DNA of 64,000 nt, from positions 124,503,741 through 124,567,740 of the forward strand of contig CM041465.1 of the NCBI GenBank assembly GCA_023213395.1, read 5' to 3'. A program made the translations under genes and the position numbers. How positions within the stretch are numbered: position 1 is the first letter of the stretch; each line of letters starts with the position of its first letter. The notes beneath the pieces are model-generated. The model was not told where the DNA came from and made no database searches. It saw only the letters and a list, made by a program, of their open reading frames with translations. Positions 43,032 to 54,646 of the stretch are shown piece after piece. Source of the DNA: Cycas panzhihuaensis (lineage: Eukaryota > Plantae > Cycadophyta).

Positions 43032-44026
43032 TGTAACATAACCTCACATTTTCTTAGCAAGAGGAAACCGCCAACAAGTAAGGATGGACCACTAAGTCGT
43101 CCAATAAGATGTAAGGCCGCTAGGGCCACCAATAGAGTTATGTGGACCGCTAAGTCATCCAATAAGATGTAAGGCCGCTAGGGCCACCAATAGAATCATT
43201 AAGGATGAAGACCCTTACTTGTGTATTTAAAGGGTTAAACTACTCATAATGTTATTGAGTATGATATCTTGAAAGGAGAAAGTACTTCGGTACTCATTTT
43301 GGTGACTTATTTTCTGTGATCTGTTTGCGCATTTGTGTTATTTGGCTTCAATTTCTGCTAAATATCAATTCTACAAGCCCCGATTGCTGAGAAGGAACGG
43401 TCCAAGTGGTATCAGAGTTACGTTCGTGATCGTGGGAAGCTACCCAAAATAGCAATTTTTTTTTTTCCTATATGATTGAGTGCTCTCTCTACCTAGGCAG
43501 AGATTGAGGAAAAACCTTCACTCAGTACTCTCTCCAAAAAGATTGAGGAACATTAGCAGGACAGATTAGAGGTCGCGAAGCAAAGAGGAATTTCGACCTT
43601 CAGGTACCACAAGTAATTTATTTCTTCTATATTTAATTCAATTTTTAAGCTTTCTTTTCTGTATTAGGTTATATTCCAAGGGTAGATAACACCGTTGGGT
43701 GGCTACCCTTTGTGTCACTTCCCACCTCTCCTTTCTGGGTAGATACCACTGCATATACCCCCTTTAGGATTCCAAAACCCTCCCTAGTGTAGGTAACCTA
43801 TCGGTTGCTGAAGTCTTGTGGTGCAGTGGTTAGCGGTTAGCGCCACGAAGTTACTTGCCCTAAACTTCTGCATCAGAAGTTTATTGGCAGGCCCGTAAGA
43901 CCAAGCACACCTCATTCTGCAGTGGGTAGGACACATTTGATTATTCGTTGTTTCCCCTGCCCTAGTCTTAGTCATAAGCCATTGACTGCCTAAATTCAAA
44001 ACTTGTTAGAACAGTCAAGCCTCTCT

Positions 44027-44061
<35 letters not shown>

Positions 44062-47000
44062 GAGCAAAGAAAAAAAAAAAAAACCCTTATAACTCATATA
44101 CCTCAATTCGATCAGCATCTTGTAAGGGTCATTTTGCACTAGGTTATTCTATACCCTAATTTTCACTCTTTTTTGTACTTGGGCCATTGGTGGGCCCCAC
44201 CACTCCAAATTTACCTTAAAACTTATACATCCCATTTCGATAAGTTTTTGTGCTCTTTCTAGTGGACTAAATATCCTGCTTATGTAATTCTGGGGTCAAT
44301 AGGATATAGACACCCCGTATTCCCTTATTTTGCACCTTTCTTTCCCATATAGCAACTCCCTATTCTTCTATCCCGTTCTTTCTTGAATCTATCCCAGTTC
44401 GTTCTTTCCCTTCTTTCTACTTACTCCCACTTCTTTAATCCCCTTCCTCAACTTCAATGGCAAAAAATCAAACAGAACAAATTTCTGACTTGACTAATGA
44501 TTTGTCTAACTTCAAAATAGAGGTCACCGATAAACTTAGTAACATACCTACCAAATCTGACCTAGATGACATTAAGAAAGATATTATCAAACTATTTCAA
44601 CAATGGTTGTCATCCCATGCCCAAAGCACAGGAGCTTCTACCTCAATGGGCAACCAACCTCCCCCTTCTCCAGGAAGTAATGCACATACAGGAGGTTCTC
44701 CACTAAGACAGCCGTTTTTCCACCACAAGATCAACATTCCTACCTTTGATCCAGATGTGAATAGAGAGTGCACTCAAAGCTGGATTAATAAGTTAGAATC
44801 CTACTTCACTTTCCACCCGATGTCAAAAGAGGACCAACTCTTATACGCTTCCATTCATTTAGATGGTTAAGCTCACCATTGGTTTAACTAGTGGAAGTGG
44901 GAATATCCCTCTCACCAAACTTGGTCGCACTTCACTAGTTGTTTCTTCGAGCAATATGAAGCAGGCATCAACTGTAGAAGCTTACACGAATGAATTTCAA
45001 GCTTTATATAACCGCATGCCACAAAGCCAAAACTTGGACAAACAAACAATGATTGATATTTATGTGGTGGGACTCCAAGACCGTATTCAGATGAGATTAA
45101 AGATAATGGCAATTTACTCCTTTAAGGAAGCTTTCAAGTGGGCACGTGCAGTAGAAGCTAAGTTTGCAGCAGACAGACCCTCAGCCATTCGACGAGATAA
45201 CTCTTGGTTCTCATGCACTCGACAAGCAGATCTCCAGCGACCTCGACCTCGATTTGATGACGCGTCTTGTCCTCAAGCTGACTTCACACGTCCTCGACCA
45301 TGACAGGATGATCCTTGTCCACCTATGGATCGCCAGAATGAGGATACATCCACCAAAAGAGTCCAGATTTCTTAAGCTGAAGCATAACATCGACTTGAGG
45401 CTAGCCTTTGTATGCAGTGTGCAGAAAAGTGGACTTCCGGGCATGGTCATTTTTGTAAGGCACGGTGTATGGTTTTCTCCATTGACCCATCCCTCCCCTC
45501 TGACGACCCCTCTGATTCTGACTCTGACGAGGAGCCTGATGATGATACCCATGATGATCCTGCACCAGACCCCCAACTTGAAATATTTATATCCGCTGTC
45601 ACCACCTCCTCCTGCCCTGAACCCCTAAGAGTTAGAGGCATTCTCCGCAAGACTCCAATATCTATCTTGATCGATGGTGGCGCGTCACTTAACTTCATTG
45701 ATATTTTGATTGCTAGACAACTTAACCTATATATTGTCCCAAAAACTAGCTTCACATGCTCTCTACTAGGGTACCAGAAACTCCATTGTGTAGGTGTTAT
45801 CAAAAACCTCCAAGTCCAAATTGGCTCATACCTTTTAGTATCAGACTTCTATGCCTTGTCAATAGGAGGATCTGATGCCATCTTAGGGATTCAATGGTTG
45901 CAAACACTAGGGACTTATAGCACGAACAACTCACCTACAAATCCATTCATTACTTTCAAAGACCACATGGGGTGAAACCACAAAATTTACGGAATGCAAT
46001 CCCCCCCTAACCAAGTGGTCTCTCACGACGTATGAAACGCCATCTTCAATCTCACTTAGGGTATATAGTCTGCCTCAATAATATTCAAATCGAACCACAA
46101 ATTCATCCATACATTTAGGATGTCATTACCCAATATGAACAAGTATTCGCCCCTCTGCCTGCCACCACCCCTCCTGACCGCAATTTCTTTCATATAATTG
46201 ACCTCCAATCTAACCATGACCCTATCAGCCTTCGACCTTACCGTAACTCATACTTCTAAAAGAATGAAATCGAGAAACTCACAAATGAACTCCTTGACAT
46301 GGGCATAATCCAACCTAGTAAAAGCCCCTATGCCCCATTGATTGTCTTAGTTCGGAAGAAGGATGGCTCCTTTCGCCTCTGTGTTGACTATAGGGAATTA
46401 AATAAGATTACCATCAAAAATAAGTTTCCCACCCCTCGCATAGATGACATGCTAGATGAAATCCATGGTGCAACCATCTTTTCTAAGTTAGACCTTCAAT
46501 CTGGTTATTACCAAATCCCAATTTCCCCACAAGATTGTCATAAGACAGCATTTCGCACACATCATGGCCATTTTGAGTTTCGAGCAATGCCCTTTGGCCT
46601 TTGTAATGCCCCGGCAACCTTCCAAGCTGTCATGAATAGAATCTTTGGGCCCTACCTTTGAAAGTTTGTCATAGTTTTCTTTGATGACATTCTTATTTAT
46701 AGTGCCTGCCTGGATCTCCATATCCAACACTTAGAAATTATTCTTCAAATATTGCAGAACCACTAACTCTATGCAAAACTATCTAAGTGTGAGTTTGGAC
46801 AATCAGAACTCAAATATTTGGGTCATATCATATCATCAGAAGGGGTATGTGTAGACCCTGACAAAATATCGGTCATCACAACGTGGCCAACACCTACCAC
46901 TCTTACCTAACTATGAGTATTTCTTGGGCTCACAGGGTTTTATCGACGCTTTGTGCGTAACTATGTGACTCTTGCCACCCCATTAACTAACCTCCTTCGT

Positions 47001-49307
47001 AAAGAGGCTTTTCAATGGTCTCCAAGGTAGGTCGCTTTTCCCACCTCAAGGTTGTAATGACCTCCACTCCGGTCCTCATCACTCCTGATTTTAACCAACC
47101 CTTCCAACTTGAATGCGATGCTTCAGGGTTTGGTCTAGGTGCTATCCTAATGCAAGACTCTCATCCCATTGCATTTGAAAGCCGAAAATTAAAAGATCAC
47201 GAGCTTCACCTCTCTACATATCAAAAAGAAATGAAGGCTATTCTCCATGCTATTGATAAATGACGACAATATCTCTTAGGCTCTAAGTTCACTATTCTTA
47301 CAGATCATCGTAGCCTCCATAATTTATTGACTTAGCCAGTCTTGTCGGAAGAACAAGCTAAGTGGGTTCATCGATTACAAGTCTTTGACTTCTCAATAGT
47401 ATATAAAAAAGGTAAAGACAATGTAGTGGCAGATGCTCTTTCACGTCTCCATCCTAACGACAATGTTCCGAACCCAAGCCTCCATGCCATTAGCAACCCC
47501 CAACCCCTTTGGCTTGATGAACTATGTATTGAAAATCAAGCCTAGCCAGACTATCCTAATTGGAGGGAAAAAGTTCTCACCTATAAAGGTTGGTCAACCT
47601 TCAACAATCATCTCCTCTACCACAATTGTATCTTTGTCCATCCCTCCTCCTCATTCATCCCTAAAATCCTAACGGAATACCACTCATCCCCCCTTGGTGG
47701 CCACTCTGGCTTCGATGAGACTTATCGATGGATTCGCGCAGATTTCTTTTGGCCCCATATGAAGACCACCATATTCACCTTCGTATCGGAATGTGACACC
47801 TGTCAACGAAATAAAGTAGAGATCAAACCTCTTCCTGGCCTTCTTCAACCATTAAATATTCCATAAGGTAAGTGGCAAGATATTGCCATGGACTTCATCA
47901 CGGGCCTACCACCATCTACCGAGTTTGACTCCATTTGGGTAATCATTAATCGATTAACCAAGTACTCACACTTTCTCCCAGTGCACACCTCATATTCATC
48001 CTCCCGTCTCGCTGACTTATATGTCCAATTCATATTTCACCTCCATGGTTTTCCATCATCTATCGTTTGTGACTGCAACCCTAAGTTTACTAGCTCCTTT
48101 TGGCAAGAACTCTTTAAGGCTATTGGAACCTCCTTTAACATGAGCTCTGCCTACCACCCACAAACAGATGGCCAATTTGAGGTTCTAAACAAAACTTTAG
48201 AAACTTATCTACATTGCTTTGCTTCAGAACACCAAGCTAAGTGGACCTCATGGCTTTCCCTGGCTGAGTATTGGTATAACTCCTCCCATCATTCTACCAT
48301 TGGCATGCCCCCCTTTTTGGCTCTTTATGGCTACCACCCACCTTCTCACCATACCCTAGCCATAAATTTTAGAACAGCTTTTGTGCAACAAAAGCTTCAA
48401 GAAATGGATCAAATCTTGCATGCCCTTTGATAAAATCTAGCTAGTTCTCAAAATTGAATGAAGCAGCTGGTAGACTGCCACTGATCTGATAGATCCTTTG
48501 ATATTGGAGATCTAGTATACCTCTGCCTCCAACCTTATAAGCAACAATCACTCAAGTCCCATCAAGGGCATAAACTAAGCCCCCGCTACTATGGCCCTTA
48601 TAAGATCCTGCATAAAATTGGTGAAGTTGCTTATGCCCTTGAACTCCTTCATAATGTCTTCCACGTATCCTGCCTAAAGAAATACCTTGGAGCTAAAGTT
48701 ACACCTCACACAACCCTTCCCATTCTCTCCGAAGAACAAACTCTTACAGTTCCTCCTGATAAAATCCTTGCCAGTCGCCAGCGCCACCTCCGGAATCACA
48801 CTATTTCTAAACACTTGGTATAGTGGGTCGGCTGCGATGCTGATGAAGCTACTTGGGAGTTGGAAGAGTTCATCTAGAAACATCCTCATCTCCAATGCTG
48901 CGAGGACTCAGTGTCTCAGAGGGGGGGACCTGTAACATAACCTCACCTTTCCTTAGCAAGAGGAAACCACCAACAAGTAAGGATGGACCGCTAAGTCGTC
49001 TAATAAGATGTAAGGCCGTTAGGGCCACCAATAGAGTTATGTGTATGGACCGCTAAGTCGTCCAATAAGATGTAAGGCTGCTAGGGCCACCAATAGAATC
49101 ATTAAGGATGAAGACCCTTACTTGTGTATTTAAAGGGTTAAACTACTCATAATGTTATTGAGTATGATATCTTGAAAGGAGAAAGTACTCCGATACTCAT
49201 TTTGGTGACTTATTTTTTGTGATCTGTTTGCGCATTCATGTTATTTGGCTTCAATTTCTGCTAAATATCAATTCTACGAGCCCTGATTGCTGAGAAAGAA
49301 TGGTCCA
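43032..49307 (+). mobile_element. Chromovirus Gypsy (Reina-like); LTRs 43032-43404 and 48931-49307
   Basis: TGTAAC...GGTCCA LTRs, PBS TGGTATCAGAG, PPT AGAGGGGGGGACC; TSD GCACT/GCATG, where the uninterrupted site in copy 1 is GCACG. Confidence 0.92.
44457..48896 (+). pseudogene. Gypsy gag-pol with C-terminal chromodomain
   Basis: gag [80 protein letters not shown], chromodomain PDKILA...LV*WVG...EATWE. Confidence 0.92.
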
Positions 49308-50711
49308 GCATGACTGGTGGCAAAAAGTTTTGCACAGAAAGCAGGTATTGACTTTCATGAGATCTTTTCACTAGTTGTTAAACTTGTTTCAATTCGAGTG
49401 CTATTAGCATTGGTAGCTTCTCTCGATTTGAAGTTAGAGCAGTTAGATGTAAAGATAGCTTTTCTACATGGAGATTTAGATGAGGAGATCTATATGGATC
49501 AACCAGAGGGGTTTGTACAAGATGGCAGGAAAAGACTTATTTGTAGGCTCAGGAAATCATTGTATGGCCTGAAGCAATCACCAGCAAAGGGTATAAGAAG
49601 TTTGATACCTTCATGGAGAGCCAAAATTTTAAAAGAAGTGAGTATGATAATTGTGTTTACTTTAAATTTATGGACAATAACTTATTCATTATCTTGGTGT
49701 TATATGTTGATGACATAGTTGTAAGCAAGAGCATGGTAGAAATCAATAAGCTAAAGGCTCAATTGGCTAGGACTTTTGATATGAAGGATCTAGGAGCTAC
49801 AAAATAAATCTTAGGCATGGAGATACACAGAGACAGGAAAAGTGGTAAGCTATGGTTATCACAGTAGAAATATGTGGAGAAGGTGCTAACTAGGTTTAAG
49901 ATGGCAAATGTGAAACTAGTAAGTATCCTATTGGCTTCCTACTTCAAGCTTTCATTTAATATGAGTCCTAGTAGTGAAGAAGAAAAGGCTTATATGTCTT
50001 GTATGCCATATGCCGGTGTAGTAGGAAGTTTGATGTAAGCCATGGTATGTACAAGACCTGATATTTCACATGCAGTCGGTGTAGTTAACAGGTTTATGGC
50101 AAATCCAAGAAAGGAACATTCGGCTGCAGTGAAATGGGTGCTTCGGTATTTGAGAGGCACTAGTGATTACTGCATCACCTTTGGAGGTATAGGTAATCAG
50201 GTTTATAGATATGTCGATTCAAACTTTGCAGGAGATTTAGACAAAAGAAGGTCTACTTTATGTTATGTTTTTACTCTTGTAAATGGTCTAATTAGTTGGA
50301 TGTCTAAATTGCAGAGCACAATTTCACTATCAACCATAGAAGCTGAATATGTTACCGTAGCACATACTTATAAAGAAACAATCTAGTTACAGGGTCTATT
50401 GGTTGAGCTTGGAAGGAGATAGGAAAATATAAAGGTATTTTGTGACAGTCAAAGTGCCATTTACCTAGCAAGAATCCATCTTATCATAGCAGAACGAAGC
50501 ATATTGCTCTTAAGTACCATTTTGTTAGACAAGTTGTGGAAGTAGGTGGAGTGGAACTTGAGAAGATTTACACCAATTAAAATTGTGCTGATATATTCAC
50601 AAAACCAGTACCAGTAGAGAAGTTTAAATGGTGTTTGACTTCTCTTAGCTTGCAGAAAAGATGATAAAGGATCCAGGAAAGATAGCGGGTAATTGTTGTC
50701 AAGGTGGAGAT

Positions 50712-51342
50712 TATTGGGTATTCTGACAACAATTATAGGCCTAAAATTATGGCATGTTTTCAGCGTAGATTCCTCCCCTAATCTTTCTTGGGGGGTTCCA
50801 GGCAGCACTTAGCAAAGGTCCGGGGGAAGTGGAACACCCATAGCTAGGAAGGGGTTCGGGGGTGATAGCCCCTGACCCAAAAAATGGGCCATGTAAACCT
50901 TATCAAAATGTAAAGAGAATTAGGGTCATTCAATACAAATACCCTAGAGTCTACGGTTGAGATTTAGGTCTTGGATGTTCCTCTCATGTAGCCTATTTTA
51001 GGGCTTTTCTTATTATGTTGTAATGTTATGCAATATACTGTGAAGAGGGCGGTAGCTGATTGTTGTTTTAGAGAGCACTCAATAACTTTGATGTATTGTT
51101 TCTCCATTCTGCAGCAATAAAGATCGATACCTTTCTTATGTGGATGTTTCCCTAGCACACTGCTAGGGTTTTACCACATTATATTGGGTGCACATGTGAT
51201 GTTTGGCTTTTATTTTCTTATTACTATATAATCTCTGATTTTAGAACTTGCATGTAATTTTATGTTTTGATTTCTGTAACTAGTTATAAGAAAGTAATAG
51301 ATCTTAGTGGCGGTTAAAGGGTTGGACCTTGTATTCTCAACA
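50712..51342 (+). repeat. Copia LTR3
   Basis: Homologous to LTR1/LTR2; followed by TSD CAATC. Confidence 0.9.
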
Positions 51343-53099
51343 CAATCCTCTGCCTCTATCCTTACCTGCTCTGGAAGAGGTTTGTCTAATCTTGCAAGCA
51401 TATAAACTCTTGTATTTATTAACCTACTTCTATTCTTTATAACTGAATCAACAACTAGCAAGGGTCTTATGGCTTTCGCCACCCCCTTCATCACATCTAT
51501 ATCCCAAGATTGAAGTAGAAACCCATGCAACTTCATCCACATTGGGACTTACTTTATAGAAGACATAACCAAGTCAAAGTTTGGGTGCCACTTGTCTATA
51601 AATACTACTTTCTTCCCATAATCCAAGGGGATTTCATTAAAATGTTTATCAAGTCTTCCTAGTTCAAGAATTTAAAGAGGACACAACCTCTTGGGAGGGC
51701 CATTACCTCCATTAGGCTCTTAAACTTCCACCTATTTAAAAGCCATTTCCTTATTGGATCTACTCTTAGTCTTGGCCTAAAAAATCTCCCCACTAGGCTA
51801 TGCTTCCTATATATTTTAATGCAATCAGACATCCTCTTGGGTATAAGAATTTAATCACCTCTTTCTCAAAGATATAGTTTATATTAAAGCTTTCTATTTC
51901 TTTATTTCTAAGGGCTTGCAGGTAAGTCTTCTTAGAAGGGACTCTATGGGATTGGTTATTAGGTTCTTTTTCAGCTATTTCCAAATATACACTACTTCTA
52001 ATCAAATCAACTAGCTTTACACTCAACACAAATCTAGGGTATTAATAATCTCACCCAGGTAGATCTATTTTTGGTATATATTCCATACCCAAGAACTATG
52101 ACTTTACACTTTAGCACCTTTTGGATTAACGTTCATATATTCTCGTTCCAACAGCTACCTATCTATCCATCTGTGCCTTAGGTAGATATCATTCTACTCT
52201 TCTGCCCATGTTGTGGTTGGCCCTACTTCTCCCTAGCCTAGAAAATGAGAAAAATCATTAAGTAGCTAAAAAGATGGCATGGTGGTAGGGCAAATTTGAT
52301 CTAGAATTTGAAAAGGACTGTTGCCTCCCATCTAGCCTCACAATTGGTTTTCACCACTATATTCCTACTGAAACAACTCTATTTACCCATAGTCAACTAG
52401 ATTTGTAACACAAATTTAATTTGACACTTCACTTCCATAGTGGAGAACTTTGTTCCAATTGATCCTTAGGGCAAAGAAGTCACTATATAAAGCATAATAC
52501 TATGGCCTTAAGGTTTGGCTGGGGCCTCGCCCCCTCATGTTTATGATCTGCGATTCTTCCAGGATGATTAACGAAACCCTAGCTGCCTCTAACTTCTACA
52601 TCGAACCAACAACTTCTGATCACTTCTAAAACCAATTTGTTGGATAAACTCATAAGAATTCTAAAGTCTTATTCATTACACTTTAGAATCATGAGTTTAT
52701 TTTGATTTATAATTTATTCCTTTTGGCACATTTAAGGATAAAAATGATTTTTTTATAATTTTCTATTATAATTCAAGGATTTTATTTCCATTTTAGGTTT
52801 GGGTCTATCACAAGTAGTATCATAACTTAGTTTTGGCTAATTACAATTTTATTAAAGAGTTATAATTTTAGGGGCATAAATAGTAAAACTTTGAAGATGT
52901 GATCATATATTTGAGGCAACTAAATTCATGCTATAAATTTTAAGTGGTTATACTGTAGGGTTTGAAGCATATTTGTAAAAGTTATAAAGAGTTCCATCTT
53001 GACCTATTTTCTATCACCACCCATAACGTAGAAAATCTACTACTACAATTTCAAATGATCATAACATTTACTATATATATCTAATTAACCTCAAATTTC

Positions 53100-53430
53100 T
53101 TTTGAATAAGTATATCTTAAAGTTACTTTCAATTAGAATTAGTTTTAACTTAATTAGATGTTAAGATAGTAAGTTATCATCATTTTAGTAATAAGTACTA
53201 TTATAGTTTCCAAAACCCTCAATTTTGATCCACCTTAAAAAGACTATAACAAAAGCTATAGGTATCTAGTTGCCTTTATTTTTTTCCAAGTAAATATATA
53301 TTAAAGCCCATTTATTATAGTGATTTTAACTTAATTAGATGTCCTAATCAAAAGTTATCATCATTTTAGTAACATGTATTATTACAACCTTTAAAACCCC
53401 AAATTTTAATCCACCTTAGAAGGACCATAG
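53100..53430. repeat. Diverged direct repeat, period ~181 bp
   Basis: TTTTAACTTAATTAGATG...AAGTTATCATCATTTTAGTAA...ATCCACCTTA starting at 53143 and 53324. Confidence 0.7.
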
Positions 53431-54646
53431 CTTTTAATATGAGTATTAGAATTTAATTTTGTCTAAACTTTTAGAATACTAATTAAAAGGCTATTATTTT
53501 GAGTTATGAATTTTGATGAGTAATTCAAGTGAAAATTTTAGTTTGAACTTAATTCTAATATTAGGGCTCTACAAGGTAGTTATAGAAAAATATGACAAAA
53601 TTGTTATTTTTAGTAGAGACAAAAAAATTCTACCCATGGGTTGGCTAGACAAGATTGAACCATGCCTTAAAATCAAACCTAGTGTAAATTTTAGTATAAT
53701 TATTAATCCATATTTCAATGACGAGTCTTATGAATGAGTTTGAAATATATTATTTAATACAAAATTATGGAAAATATTTTAAAAATATTATCTCATAACC
53801 TTTAACAAAAGAATTAGTAACTAGCAAATTAAATACTAGCCAAATTATACTAATTATGATTATTTTATAAGCTTCAAGAAAACTTATCAAGATGAAGATA
53901 AGAAAAAAGAGAAAAACTAGTTAAGCAGATTGGAGAGCGATCTAGTAATGATCTTGTTTATGGTTAATATGATAAACTAATTATTGAGTTGACCATTCAA
54001 CTCTAATATGAAATGATGAAGAAAATAACCTAGGATTTCTTGGAGAGGGAATGTACTAAGAGACTAAGATGATTAACATCACATTAAGAGTACTATATGA
54101 TGGAGAAAATAAGTAAACATGAATTAGGCATATGAAAGGCATAAGATATGGAGGAGTATGAATTGATCCTCACTCTAAATAAACAAGATTAACTTAGATT
54201 CAAAATAACAACATAATAATACAATACGTATGCTCTTATTTGTTACATAAGAATTGGTCATAATATGCAGAGATGGAGGAGAGACCTTAGGAGGCATGAT
54301 ATTTGATAAGTGTTAAACATATAACCTATGCCCTTTACATGTGGGACAAGTGTCCCTTAAGCTCTCTTATGAACAAAAGTGTATGAGAGATATACTAACC
54401 CTTAAGTCACAACATTGTACTATTAGAAAGAATACAAGCATGTACTTTATCACATTAGGTAATAAAACACCCTTACATAAAGTATATTACTTACTATTTA
54501 AATATAAAGGTCTAATCCCCCCACTCCTCTTTTTAATATTTACAATATTAACTTTGATACCAAGACCTTCTTTAGATTTCTCAAACTTTTCTATACCAAG
54601 TGGCTTGGTAAAGATATCTAATAACTACTAGTTAAGAGGCTTGTAG

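Larger units (their letters stand above)
40479..50665 (+). pseudogene. Copia gag-pol copy 2, split in RT by the chromovirus insertion
   Basis: Colinear with copy 1; KVDKYKA|RLVAK interrupted at 43031/49308. Confidence 0.9.
35079..51342 (+). mobile_element. Tandem three-LTR Copia (Tork/Tnt1-like): LTR-internal-LTR-internal-LTR
   Basis: LTRs 35079-35720, 39766-40408 and 50712-51342; PBS after LTR1 and LTR2; PPT AAGGTGGAGAT before LTR2 and LTR3; single TSD TAATC/CAATC around the whole unit. Confidence 0.92.
29979..52476 (-). mobile_element. Full-length L1-clade LINE (~6.2 kb) interrupted in ORF1 by the tandem Copia
   Basis: Poly(A) tail (T-run 29979-29989); TSD AAGCCACTATATAAAG (29955-29970) / AAGTCACTATATAAAG (52477-52492). 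ORF1 reads across the Copia insertion as LDKPLPEQVRIEAED-W-IKEQDVIYELKNIKCPTCK*FGHIPQKC (zinc knuckle). Confidence 0.85.

Noticed and set aside
53100-53430. 181-bp period as centromeric satellite
   Set aside because: Only two diverged copies; no array.
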